64,000 nucleotides of DNA. Source: Eledone cirrhosa. Taxonomy: Eukaryota. The stretch lies in contig OZ024742.1 in assembly GCA_964016885.1 (NCBI GenBank), positions 17,236,001 through 17,300,000 on the forward strand, in the 5' to 3' direction. Below the pieces are notes generated by a model. It ran no database searches. It was not told the DNA's origin and saw nothing but the letters and a program-made list of their open reading frames with translations. The position numbers were made by a program, and so were the translations under genes. This document shows, one piece after another, positions 43,184 to 57,217 of this stretch; within the stretch, counting starts at the first letter, position 1; every line of letters begins with the position of its first letter.

Positions 43184-43753
43184 ATAGAGAAATTAATGTA
43201 AGCAAGAAGCCAACAGTAATTCAGACATATAGGTGACTATTACGTCAAGATGAAAAATATTTAACGTAAGATATGGGAAAATAATTTAATCCCAATTCAA
43301 AACAAGTCAAGACCAGAAATTTTATCCACAGATTTTGTGTAATCCGGGGAAAAAACCAATAGAATCTTAACTCAAAATAAAATTAAGAGTAAATACTTAT
43401 CCGTCAATTTGGAAAAATCTACAAATGCACTATATAGTCTTAAAAAGACTATTTCACGAAACTTTTCAGTGGGGTTAGTCACGGTTGGAGTCGTTCCTCA
43501 GTAGTGCTCAACAACGTTGACTAAGACTCACAGATAAAATATGCCAAAGGGGAATTAAAAGCAGGCTAGTCAAACCTCGTGTGGAATTGAATTAATAAAC
43601 ACACCTGGAGACAGGGCTAGTGACGTCAGAATGAGACGAATGTCCGTTTACAAGAAAAAGCAGTCAAAACATTCCGAAAAAAACTCAACAAAAGATATGG
43701 AGTTCAACATAAAGTAATATTATGGCGGTTTTTTTTAAAAACACGGGATTAGT

Positions 43754-44087
<334 letters not shown>

Positions 44088-44088
<1 letters not shown>

Positions 44089-44744
44089 AAAATAAAGTAA
44101 TTAAGTCAAATATTTAAGATTTGGCTTCGTTTATTAAAGATGTACTGCTATATATATTTCGGTGACAGCCATTATTTTTTTATATTTTATTTCTTCATTT
44201 TACCTTATCTGATTCCATTATCTGTCTGGCACCCCACCCCCACCCATCACGTGAAAGGGTGGTAGGATTGATGCCAACCCACACACACTCATTCTTCTAA
44301 AGACAGCAGCAGTAGAACTAAGGCTGACCTGCAAGCCTACCCCATAACACCAATAAACACAAGGGAGGAGGTAAGCTGTACTTAACAAAAACAACCACAT
44401 CAGATTGTCTTGCCTCGGAAAAAATGTCTATAGACTTTTGACTGAGGAATGTTCTCACAACTAATCAATGGGAAGAGCGAGTGTCCTATGATGCTGAAAT
44501 TCGTCTGTTCGAATTCATATGATTCCAGTTGCTCAGAGAAATAACAACCCAACCAGGAGCTGGACATATCAGAGTATTGACGGAGTAAAGCACTTTAACA
44601 ACATGTGTACCTGTCTCTACCACACCAATTCAAACTGCCTGAAGAGGTCACAGCCAATGATGGCTGTCACCGAAATATATATAGCAGTACATCTTTAATA
44701 AACGAAGCCAAATCTTAAATATTTGACTTAATTACTTTATTTTA
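44088..44744 (+). mobile_element. Non-autonomous fold-back element with 85-bp terminal inverted repeats (PLE pLTR plus inverted partial pLTR), family 3
   Basis: 44088-44172 is the reverse complement of 44660-44744. The right arm overlaps a hammerhead; the left end abuts (TA)n. Confidence 0.82.
44634..44688 (+). ncRNA. Type I hammerhead ribozyme (family 3)
   Basis: actgc-CTGAAGA-ggtcacagcca atga tggctgtcacc-GAAA-tatat-ATA-gcagt: 5-bp stem I, 10/11-bp stem II, intact core, aataaa at 44697-44702. Confidence 0.85.
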
Positions 44745-44846
44745 CATTACTCGGGAGTAAACAAACCAACCTGCGTACTTCGTCGAGTGCTCCAATCTGC
44801 ACACTGAGGTGTCGGTAAACAACCAACATGTACTCAAAATATATAC

Positions 44847-44904
<58 letters not shown>

Positions 44905-44933
44905 ATTGAAAACTTGACTGTCACCACACATTA

Positions 44934-44972
44934 TGAACCTGAAGATTGTGAAAGCATGAAAGTACTTGTTCA
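44934..44972 (+). ncRNA. Minimal type I hammerhead (family 4) at the head of a repeat of about 190 bp (44901-45090)
   Basis: tgaac-CTGAAGA-ttgt gaaa gcat-GAAA-gta-CTT-gttca, with palindromic aagtactt stem III. A homologous repeat with a deleted core is on the minus strand at about 37543-37680. Confidence 0.7.
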
Positions 44973-45114
44973 ATTAACACTTAACATTTAATATTCTATC
45001 ATACTATTTCATTATAATACCATTATAAATTATAAAGGATTGTAAATAAAACGAGTAAATCAGACAAAGTTGGAATTCCTCTTATTAATATTATATATAT
45101 ATATATATATATGA

Positions 45115-45260
<146 letters not shown>

Positions 45261-45289
45261 GTATATATGTATATATATATATGTATATA

Positions 45290-45334
<45 letters not shown>

Positions 45335-45355
45335 GTATATATGTATATATATATG

Positions 45356-45432
<77 letters not shown>

Positions 45433-45471
45433 GTATATGTATATGTATATATATATATGTATATATAAATG

Positions 45472-45520
<49 letters not shown>

Positions 45521-46338
45521 GTGTGTGTGTGTAGGGGTGGGGGTGTATAATTTTCGATGACATGGACAAAATTAGGGCGATCCTTTTCAGATATATATTA
45601 AATTATATAGGGTCAGGATGCTTGACCTGGGCTGTGGGGTGAGCTCCTGCTGGCCTGCACAAATACCTTGTGTTTATCACCTCTGCCGGCCAAATTCCCT
45701 CCTATGTGTCCCGTCATGGCACTAGCTCCACCAAATTGGGTTAGGTGTGAAAGCGAGAACTCGGTGCTATAACCAATGCAATGCTTGGATTGCACTATCC
45801 TAAAGTGAACATACTTGCGGCAGGGCACCACTTGTGAAACTAATTGCCCGAAGAAACTCCATTGAAATGAACTTACGCAGTGAATTCCTCCGATGGAGCC
45901 GGCTCACCCTCCTTCCTTCGGGGTGATCGGCGTCACAATTATAAGTATTATAAGGAATATTCTCATGTGTAGTAAGACACCACACATCAGATAGTTTGGC
46001 TGTTTTCCGTGTCATGTTACCTAAAGCTAGAAGAGTAGATTTTCATGAAGTGACAGCTTCCTCGTGACGTGAATGTCTTCCAATTACGGTGCACCCTGCA
46101 CCAATCCCTCGCAAGGCTCAAACATATAGAGTTTGTATTTATGAAGGATGTTATAAACGAGATCTTGAAAGCAGGTAAAAACAGTCTGAATAATTTATTC
46201 AAATAAAATGCAGATAATTCCGAGTTAACAGTCACCTTACACACACGCACACACACACCACACACTCACACACACACATATATATGTGTGTGTATATATA
46301 TATGTATATATATGTATATATATGTATATATATGTATA

Positions 46339-46379
<41 letters not shown>

Positions 46380-46623
46380 TAGAAAGTGAGGTTTTTTTAC
46401 AAAATGAAAACTAACCGGTGTCCTACACGAGTGAAAGTATAAAGAAAAAAAGATGAAATCGAAAATGCAACTGGCGTCTTATTTTTAAAAAAAAGATATA
46501 TATTTATTTGGTTCCTATATATATATATATATGTATGTATATATATTTACAATTTACACACACACACATCTATCTATCTATCTATCTCTCTATCTCTCTC
46601 TCTCTATATATATATATATATAC

Positions 46624-46710
<87 letters not shown>

Positions 46711-46718
46711 AATATATG

Positions 46719-46806
<88 letters not shown>

Positions 46807-46843
46807 ATTAAATAAATGGAAACTATATTTATAAAACCATATT

Positions 46844-46909
46844 TATTTCATTATATATATTTCGGGGATATCATATTAACAATATGCTATGCCTTCCTCA
46901 GACAAAATA
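46844..46909 (-). ncRNA. Type I hammerhead (family 5)
   Basis: Minus strand tattttgt-CTGAGGA-aggcatagcatatt gtt aatatgatatcccc-GAAA-tatat-ATA-atgaaata: 8-bp stem I with two G.U pairs, 11/14 stem II. Confidence 0.72.
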
Positions 46910-47036
46910 CAATATAAACAGTTTTATAGATAAATAGATTCGACATACCGTTATAACACCGACTTCCATTTGAAGAGGTTTACATATATATATGTATATT
47001 TATATACTGTATATGTATATATATATATATATATAT

Positions 47037-47160
47037 TTATTAAAATAACAGATTAAAGTTTAAGCAAAGAATCGCTGCTTTCACCCTTAACGGGATCTTC
47101 TCGTTAAGGGTGAAAGCAGCGATTCTTTGCTTAAATTTTAATCTGTTATTTTAATAAATA
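47037..47160. repeat. Near-perfect hairpin of about 120 bp; one arm recurs at 57135-57200
   Basis: ttattaaaataacagattaaa...gctgctttcacccttaacg ggatcttct cgttaagggtgaaagcagc...tttaatctgttattttaataa. Confidence 0.9.
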
Positions 47161-47249
47161 GTTGCTCTACGGTTCTTATACATTTGATATATATTTATCC
47201 TTTTCGAGCCCTCTTTGGATTTTAGTCTTCAAATTTATTATTATTACTA

Positions 47250-47280
<31 letters not shown>

Positions 47281-47486
47281 TTCGTTTCTGAATTTGTTTA
47301 GCAAGATTCTTTATCTGAAAACGTGTGTTGAAACCGATATTGTTATACTTTGGGAGGGTCATGTTGCCAATAAGAAACACACGCACCAGTAGCCTTCACT
47401 TCAATTTATTATAATAAATTTATAAATTTAGGAATTTATAAATTTCCGGTTGGTTGGTTCCTCAACCAGGTGGTTGTTTATATATT

Positions 47487-47529
47487 ATCAAAGTTCTTTC
47501 GTCACACATTCTGTGACCTCTTCAGTGAC
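47487..47529 (-). ncRNA. Type I hammerhead motif (family 1, left arm)
   Basis: Minus strand gtca-CTGAAGA-g-gtcaca gaatg tgtgac-GAAA-gaa-CTT-tgat. Confidence 0.68.
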
Positions 47530-47650
47530 TAGGGATTCTTTTCTCTGTTTTTGTGCCTCTCCTTTGTTCTGTCCTACGCCATCCTGACAGAAACAAGATG
47601 GTGTAGGACAGAACAAAGGAGAAGCACAAAAACAAAAAAAAGAATCCCCA

Positions 47651-47693
47651 GTCACTGAAGAGGTCACAGAATGTGTGACGAAAGAACTTTGAC
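47651..47693 (+). ncRNA. Type I hammerhead motif (family 1, right arm)
   Basis: gtca-CTGAAGA-g-gtcaca gaatg tgtgac-GAAA-gaa-CTT-tgac. Confidence 0.72.
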
Positions 47694-47845
47694 AATATAT
47701 AAACAACCATCTGGTTGTGGAACCAACCAACCAACCGGAAATTTATAATTTCCTAAATTTATAAATTTATTATAATAAATTGAAGTGAAAGCAACTGGTG
47801 CGTGTGTTTCTTATTGGCAACATGACCCTCCCAAAGTATAACAAC

Positions 47846-47912
<67 letters not shown>

Positions 47913-47960
47913 GTATATATATACATATATATATATATAATGTATATATATATATATATG

Positions 47961-48017
<57 letters not shown>

Positions 48018-48224
48018 TATGTATACGTACATACATATATATATACAGACGTACAGTAGTATGTATATATATATATATACGTACATGCACACATATATAT
48101 ATGCACGTATGGATTTTCGAACATTTATTATAATGCCCGGTTTGTTTGTAAACAAACATCCCGAATGAAGCCGTACAGTGTTTAGCAACCTTCGTTGCCC
48201 TTTTGTTCAACACTGACAAAGGAA

Positions 48225-48265
48225 CGATGTACAAGTTTCAAGCTTATTAGCTATCGTCAGCACCG
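48225..48265 (-). ncRNA. Minimal type I hammerhead (family 6, left arm)
   Basis: Minus strand cggtg-CTGACGA-tagc taataa gctt-GAAAC-tt-GTA-catcg. Confidence 0.7.
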
Positions 48266-48338
48266 TATACCTGCTCAGCCGTTAATATGCATAAGGAAAG
48301 TATATACTTTCAGACGTTCAATCTGGCAGGAAGGTATA

Positions 48339-48379
48339 CGGTGCTGACGATAGCTAATAAGCATGAAACTAGTACATCG
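48339..48379 (+). ncRNA. Minimal type I hammerhead (family 6, right arm)
   Basis: cggtg-CTGACGA-tagc taataa gcat-GAAAC-ta-GTA-catcg; stem III actagt is a palindrome. Confidence 0.7.
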
Positions 48380-49599
48380 TTCCTTTGTCAGTGTTGAACA
48401 AAAGGGCAACGATGCTAAACACTATACAGCTTAATTCGGGATGTTTGTTTACAAACACACCGAGCATTATAATAAATGTTCGGTAAATCCATACGTACAT
48501 ATATATATGTGTGCATGTATGTATATAAATACACTACTGTACGTCTGTATAAATATATGTATATACGTAAACATACTTATATTTAAATAACAGCCGTACT
48601 AAGAGTGGGAAATGGAATTTCGTTTCATTTCTTCCATTTATATATATATATACATATACACTTATTGGCAACATGACCCTCCCAAAGTATAACAACATAT
48701 ATTTATATATATATATATATACATAGAGAGAGAGAAAAAGTGAGATAGAGGGATAGGGAGAGTAGAATGTATGTATGAATATATGTAGTTTTATGTAAAA
48801 TATATTTGTATTTATATATATATATTTATGAATGTGTGTGTGTGCGTGCGTGGGCGTGTGTGTGTATGTGTGTGTGTATGTATGTATGTGTGTGTGTGTA
48901 AGTCTGTGTGTATATACATTTTCCAATGCTTCTAAATAGATATTTCAATATTATACATATTCCGATATACATGCATTACCGTTTATATAATTCCCTACAT
49001 CTCTCTGTTCCTGTCACATTATATTTCTTTGGAATTGTCAAAAATACACTAGATTTTTTGGTAGTCGCAGCATACGTGATAAGAAATCTAGTATTTCTCC
49101 TTTCCAACTACGTTGTTGGCGTTGATAAGCAAAGCAATTACAATCGTGATCATTCATTATTTGTTCAGATATCGTTTACCCAGGACTACATAAACTAATC
49201 TACATGTTTACATATTTCTATATAACACTATACTGTTCCTTTCATACTACATCATGTAGTCAGGTCGACACATGCGATGACCATTTATCACATATATGTG
49301 TGTATGAGTGTGTATATATATATATATAGAAATTTCATTTCTCACTCTTAGTAGAGCTGATACTTAAATGTTAGTATGTATACGTACATACATATATGTG
49401 TACAGACGCACAGTAGTATGTATATATATACATACATGCACACATATATATGTACGTATTGTTTACAAACAAACCGAACATTATAACAAATGTTCGGTAA
49501 ACCCATACGTACATATATATGTGCGTGTGCATGTATGTGTATATATACATACTACTGTGCGTCTGTACACATATATGTGTGTACGTATACATACTAATA

Positions 49600-49686
<87 letters not shown>

Positions 49687-50266
49687 TAGATTGAGTTAGA
49701 AACTCAAAATAGACTTTTACAATTAAATAGCTCAAAGAAGGGAATCTTTCCGAACCGTGTCATATAATTGGATATATGAGAGGGATGAACAAATGACCAA
49801 GTTAGCTAGGTTGAAAAAATACCAATTTAAAACAATATGGTTTGCCTGACTCGATTTAAAGTAATAAATCAATAAAAATAACAAACCTATACCGGGCAAC
49901 AGCCTTTGATACACGGACATACATAAATCTGTTTTGCAAGAATTATTAAGTGAAAGCCACAATTCCTGTGCTTTTCTGCGGGTATCCAGGAAATTCGTAC
50001 CTTTCATTTCAAAGGATCTAAGAAGGCTGAACGATATGCTGATATAAAAGCATATGTCGCAGCGCCTAGCGCGTCTCATACTCATGCCGCTAAAAATAGC
50101 AGCCGGGTTTATGAGACTAAATTTAGCTCTAGATAAGAAGCCCGGAATATCATAGATTTAGTTAGAAACTCAAAATAGTATTTTACAATTAAATAGCTAA
50201 CTAGGTCATTTGCAGTTGGAACACATGTGTAATTATATCTGTGTTCATCCCTCTAATATATTCAAT

Positions 50267-50700
<434 letters not shown>

Positions 50701-51656
50701 TTTTGGTAAATATCATCTTGGTTAAGAGAGTGGGACTGGCTTTGTGCAGTGCCTTTGCTCACTATAAAAGCTACACGGCACAGGCATTGCTTTATATCTG
50801 TAGATCTCTGTGCACTTGTCGTCACATGGTACCATGGGGCCAGCACTATATGTCAATAATTGTCACAAGTGTAGTGTTTGTACCAGAGTTTTCAAGTTGC
50901 TGGCTGGACTAAAAAGTCACACTCGTTCAGCGCATCGGTAGGGGTTCTACATGGATATAAAGTAGTGGCCGTACTCGAAAACGAGTTGGCAGCCACCATG
51001 TATGTATGTATGTCTGTAAGTAAATATGTATATATGTATATATATATTATGTATGGTATGTATGTTATGTATGTTCTTCTGGTTTTATAATTTGACAAAG
51101 TTTTACCAATAGAGAGAGAGAGAGTCGGTTTCTAATATAGACACAAGACTCTCTCATTGGAATTTACACAACATCAACTAGGTAGGTATGTATGTATGCA
51201 TGCATGTGTAGATATGGTTGTTATTGTATGTGTGGATGTGTATGTTTTGAGTTGTATGTGTGCATGTGTATATGCTTTGCATCTGTATATGTGTATATGC
51301 AGTTATTCGATGCAACATTTTTGGAATGTCTTACATATGTTTACTGTTCCATTAATGGATTGTACTTGTAATGTATGTATGTATGTATGCATGTATGTAA
51401 GTATATATGTATATATATTATAATCAGTCATCAAAATGTTGTTTACCTTCACAGATTGTCGTTAATATATTTTAACAATAGTTTCCCCGTCGAGATGAAG
51501 GGACATTCATCAGGTACTCTTACAAAACATGCAGCTCTCTAATGAAAACCGTCTCTTTTACGCCATAATAATTTGATCAAAGCCAAAAATACTTCCTTCC
51601 TATTTTCCTTTTCCCTTTCTTCTGTTTAATCTGCTTCCCATTGGCCATCAATATTT

Positions 51657-51845
51657 GGGTAGATTGGCAGTATTGGTAGAGGGTCTGACACCATCCTTTG
51701 CAGCAAATATTTACGGCCCTTTATGATCTGAGTTCAAATCCCGCCGAGGTTAACTTTGCCTTTCATCCTTACGGGGTCGATAAAATATAGTACCAGTAAT
51801 GTACTGGGATAATTGCTGGCCTTGTGCCAAAAGTAGAAATAAATA
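51657..51845 (+). mobile_element. tRNA-derived SINE, family A
   Basis: ggtagattggcagtattggtagagggtctgacaccat head (matches the satellite reverse complement), B-box and full body. Confidence 0.92.
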
Positions 51846-52552
51846 TTTGAAATTATAATTTTTATTTTATTTTATTTATTTTCCCCCTTTTTTATTTTTT
51901 TATTATTAATTGTCTCACTAACTCTTTTTTAATTACCAACCTTAAGGAGTACTTGATACTTCCCCTAGTCTGCCATCGCTTACTAGCTCTATACGGACGT
52001 TTAAATTGAATAAGTAAATAAATAAATGGCTCTGAATATGCTACTTGAATTATTTCAACCATTTAAGATGTTGTACCGGGAATGATGTTTATGAGAAAAT
52101 AAAATAAAATAGTAGACAAAACAGTTAATATTTAATAAGAAAATATTCATGAAATTAAAGTTAATTTTCTTAATTTCTAGTCAGGCTAGGGAGATCGATA
52201 GTCTCTTTGGATGTCACACTATAAATCATAAAATACAACAACGAGTTCATTATCTATTATCCATATTGCATTAAAAATATATATATAATCCACAATATAT
52301 ATTTAGAGAGAGAAAAGGTGGAAGTAGCATGGAAAATATATTTAGGGGCTGTTTTTTCTTTATTTATCCTTTCTTTGATTCGTCAAAGTGACAATATTGA
52401 AAGCATGAGAGGGACAATTTTTTTAAAAAAAGTTTTATAATGCATATAAAGTATATAAAGTATATAATGTATATAAAGTATATAAAGTATATAAAGTATT
52501 AAAATTCATCTTATCATATGTTGAGTATTAAAAATAAAAGATTAAAAAGAAT

Positions 52553-52740
52553 TAATTGTTTCTACGTTTGGCACAAGGCCAGCAATTACCCAGTGTATTA
52601 CTGGTATTTTATTTTATCGACCCCGTAAGGCTGAAAGGCAAAGTTAACCTCGACGGGATTTGAACTCAAAATGGCAAGGGCCGTAACTCTATACGTCAAA
52701 GCATGGCGTCCGACCCTCTACCGATACTGCCAATCCCCCA
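52553..52740 (-). mobile_element. tRNA-derived SINE, family A
   Basis: Reverse complement of the 40449-40630 copy; the head reads gcatggcgtccgaccctctaccgatactgccaatccccca on the + strand. Confidence 0.92.
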
Positions 52741-52875
52741 AAAGAATTAATAGGAGTTAAAAACTAAAAATTAAAGATTAAAATAAAATCAAGTGTTGGA
52801 GTAAATTTTCTTCCATCTTTTTGCCTCAAAATTTGGTTGGAGAATGAGTTCATGTTAATAGAGAGGTGGTAGTGA

Positions 52876-52907
<32 letters not shown>

Positions 52908-53372
52908 CTAGACACTGGATAACCGCGTGAAATTACCACGTGCGCTAAACAGTTTTCTAAATATTTTGAAATGGAACATACCAATTTTTATAGTGCTTGC
53001 TGAGGAGATCAGAATGCGGTATTTCTTCCACTTTTTCATTATTCGAAACATATTTGGATTTTAAGGTTTAAACCTGTCTACGGAACAGGTTTGATTTTGA
53101 AATTTAAATTTGTCCAAGCACCACGGCCATTGCCAATACAATTTGTTTTTGTTGATTTATTATCTTAAGTCAAGATAGGCAAACTGTAATATTATTATTA
53201 GTATATTTCAATCTAGCTAACTTGGTCATTTACAATACAAACATAAATATGTTGGTATTTGTGTTTATCAAATATATTAATTTATATTAACCTGTATTAC
53301 ACGGCTCAGAAATACTCTTTCTTTGAGCTATTTCATTGTAAAAGACTGCCTGAGATTTGAACTCATTATTAT

Positions 53373-53435
<63 letters not shown>

Positions 53436-53503
53436 TATTTATATATATTATGAAAATATTATGAAAATAAACCAAAGAAGCCTTCAATACATCAAAAGTC
53501 TTT

Positions 53504-53548
53504 ATTAGCCAACAATGTTTCGTCCTATTAAGGACTCATCAGGGCAAT
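53504..53548 (-). ncRNA. Canonical minimal type I hammerhead in the PLE 3' pseudo-LTR (family 7)
   Basis: Minus strand attgcc-CTGATGA-gtcc ttaata ggac-GAAAC-att-GTT-ggc(t)aat, overlapping AATAAA. Confidence 0.88.
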
Positions 53549-54745
53549 TAAAGTTATAAGAAGCACTATCAGCCAATACAAGCCGAAAACTCAGAAGAAT
53601 ATGGAGTGTACATAGATTAAAGCATGGGAAATAAAAAATAAAAAATTATCAAGTAAAAATTGCTAAGGAAGTAAGTAATATTTTGAACCATATTACAAAT
53701 ATAGTCCAATGTAGAAACTAGAGCTAAAACAGAGGTGGTGATATAGAGCGGGTATTATTGTACTATATATAATATAATATAATATAATATAATATAATTG
53801 CTAATGATAATAATAATAATGTTAAAAGGCCCAATATACACATATATATGTACACACATATACATATATATCAATACGCATTTCCATCAATAGAAACACA
53901 AACTATCCCTTATTAAGAGTTTAAATATAAATAAGAATAATAATAAAAATAAAATAAAAATAAAAATAATAATAATACAAATAGAAATCAAAAATCAAAA
54001 ATCAAAATAAAAATATAATACATCTATTATTTACAGTATAAAATGAAGAATAAATGATTAAAAGTAAGCATAAAAATATATAATAATAAACTATATAATT
54101 ATATAATAATATAATAGATAATATCCGGTTAATTTGCACAAACAATATAAATGTTACAATATAGGAATATTATAATATAGTGGCATATAACTTAACAAAT
54201 CATATAGAGGTACAGACAGGGTGAGAAAAAAAACATTTTACAGAAAAATATCAACACCATTAGAAGAAAATAGATGGGGGTCAAATTTCTATACAGTTGG
54301 TGTAAATAAATATTAACCAACCGTTACAAAAATTATAAAAATATAATGTATGGAGGATATGAAGGAGCATAAAATCATAATCAACATACTGTATTATACA
54401 ATAGAAAGGAGCGTAAAAGGGAATTGAATATAATTATAGTATATTTGAAGGGGCGAGTGACAAGTGTGTATGTATGTGTGTGTGTGGGGGGGGGGGTAGT
54501 TATCCAAGAAGAATCCAAATAAAATAAAATAAAATAATATAAAATAAAATAAAATATCTAATCAGATATAAACTCATAAGGTGTTAATAGTGAAAATATC
54601 ATATTTAAGGAGATAGAAATGGCATGGTAGCCAAAAGATTATGAAAGCTATAATGGGAAGCTGTCAAAAGCCAATGATAAAAATGATGATAATGATGGTG
54701 GTAAACATAATGAACCAAAACTAAAAAGATAAGGGAATGTAGCAG

Positions 54746-56680
54746 CTAATGGATACAATTTACACTACTAGAACCTTTAGGTTTATAATAATAGTAAGAA
54801 TTAAAAATGGCATGGGGGCAAGCAGAGAATATCTCAGACTTTCTATTAAGTAAGGTTTACCTAGAGAAAATTATAGAGTGGGTCTCAAGGATACAGAGAT
54901 TACAAAATTTAGTATGTGTTGAAAGGTTATTAGAGCATGCTACTATACGCCAACTAATGCTATATGGTATATTAGCCCCCTTAAGATCCCAGATATGGTG
55001 TGCTAAAGAAGTCGAATTCTTAAACTTAACATGTTTAAAATTAGAGATATGAGAATTAAACCTAGTCTTAAAAGTGTTAGATGTAGAGCCTATATATGTG
55101 CTATTAGAAGAATTAGTTTTAACCACACAAGCATAAACGATGTTCTTAGAGAGGCAGTTACCGTTTAAAGGGCAGTTAGCACTCACTCTACAGTTACACT
55201 TCCGGGTGTTATTAATCGGCTGAAGTAGTGATGCATCGCGCGTAGGATTACTATGAGATAAGGTCTGCTCTGGTGGTAAGGCATTAACGGATCTATTCTG
55301 ACTAGTAGTACGTAGAGAGGAGTATCCATCCCGAATTTTCCCATTGTTAGTGCTAGCTAAATGAGAACTAATATTAGGGGTGGTAGAGAATGAAAGTTTA
55401 ATTAGATTTTTTATTAAAAATACTATGGTATTTATTAGTAGGAGGGAAATTTTTCTCTAAGATAGAAAATAAAGACCTAGGGATGTTAGTTAATACCTCC
55501 TGATTATATGGCGGGTTAAAATAAGTATTTAGTCTCCTTCTATTTTTATCCTTAGCAACTCTACCGTTATCTAATATCCCATTATTAAGATTTGAGTTAC
55601 TACAAGGATTAGTTAAAACCACATTACTAGAGTCAGTCGAAACTCGATTAAGTCTCACTCCATCTCTACCTCCAGTATATCTGCTGCTATCTGGAATCAT
55701 ATCAAAAGGATTAGGGCCAATAATAGGATCAGTAGAAACAACATTATTAGAATTAGATATAGCAAAAGTATTACCAATGGATGAGCGCTCAGAGGGCTCG
55801 ACTTGATTCTCAGAATTATTAGATTCCCTATTACGAGTCCGGTGGCTTAACCCATGGATGGGTTCAGATAAACCTATGTGATTTCTACGATTCTTATGCC
55901 TTCTACCCCCATTCATGGCCATATTATGGGATATTATGTTACTATTATTATAAGTAAGCGGAGACCTTTTAAGGTTACTATTATTATAATGTATTTTACC
56001 AGAGTAACCGGAGTTAGCTAGGGCATTATTATAGTACTCTGCATGTGCATTAAATGTTCCTACGTCCTTAGAGAGTGTGGAAATCTTATTAGATACACCA
56101 TTAATTATAGAGCGTATCATAGATTTGGGGTGGTTAGAATTGGGATTAACATAAGAGAGTATTTCATTAGGCTTATGGAAGGGTTTAAAACTATTAGGGA
56201 CCAAGTCCAAAGTCACATCTAAAACGTTGACCGCTCTATCGTTTCTATCTATCGTGATCGAAAGGTTATAGCTTTTAAAAAACTTATAAAGCTTCTTCTT
56301 ATTATGTTCGACGTTGTTGGTGCTAGAGTTAATCACAAACAATGCATCGTCACGATAAAGTCCGCCTTTAAGGTGCGGAAAGGTAACATATAGTTCATTC
56401 AGGAGTAACAGCCCAACAAGATCAGTTACCTGGGCCGAATCACTCGAACCCATTGTAACGTCGAAATTATTGGGCGTGTTTTTACGGGTCCAAAAAGTAT
56501 CCTCAAAACTAATGATAGTTCTACGGGCTGCTAGCATAATATCTACCTGCGATCGTGTTAGGTTGGACACTCTCATGGCCAACATTAAGGCTTTATTAAG
56601 GAGGATGGGTGAAATCGATGTGTAATAGGCATCAATATCGAACTGGATAAACTTACTAGATTCAAGTTTATTAATGCCAT

Positions 56681-56681
<1 letters not shown>
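54746..56681 (-). pseudogene. PLE polyprotein: reverse transcriptase + GIY-YIG endonuclease, with one frameshift and one premature stop
   Basis: FIQFDIDAYYTSI (RT motif A, in frame upstream of the listed ORF), MGSSDSAQVTDL (B), GLYRDD (C), VLDVTL, PFHKP, SNHP, YFNPPY. Frameshift in an A-run near 55410, then IKLSFSTTPN, CNCRVSANCPLNGNC, IVYAC...YIGST...FKTRFNSH, CNLC. In-frame TAA at 54857-54859, then LLNRKSEIFSACPH. Confidence 0.93.
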
Positions 56682-57117
<436 letters not shown>

Positions 57118-57217
57118 TAACTAAAAACGTTTCAGAAGATCCCGTTAAGGTTGAAAGCAGCGATTCTTTGCTTAAACTTTAATCTGTTATTTTAATAAAT
57201 ATATATATATATATATA

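Larger units (their letters stand above)
47282..47846. mobile_element. Head-to-head palindromic pair of family 1 pLTR-like repeats (arms about 250 bp)
   Basis: 47341-47584 is the reverse complement of about 47597-47845; flanked by (TA)n. Confidence 0.88.
48013..48640. mobile_element. Head-to-head palindromic pLTR-like element, family 6; fragments at 37235-37472 and 49330-49600
   Basis: 48013-48272 is the reverse complement of about 48332-48582, with a spacer of about 60 bp; one hammerhead per arm. Confidence 0.85.
53450..56682 (-). mobile_element. 5'-truncated Penelope-like retroelement (RT + C-terminal GIY-YIG, 3' UTR of about 1.3 kb, terminal hammerhead) inserted in (TA)n
   Basis: Coding remnants at 56681-54746, hammerhead plus AATAAA at 53501-53548, TA runs at both ends. 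Confidence 0.9.

Noticed and set aside
49686-50200. Direct repeats of about 48 bp as LTRs
   Set aside because: Too short, no TG...CA ends, primer-binding site or coding interior. It appears to be a rearranged piece of another dispersed repeat related to 53100-53290.
52995-53060. CTGAGGA...GAAAC hammerhead-like motif
   Set aside because: Stems I, II and III pair poorly; at best a heavily decayed copy.
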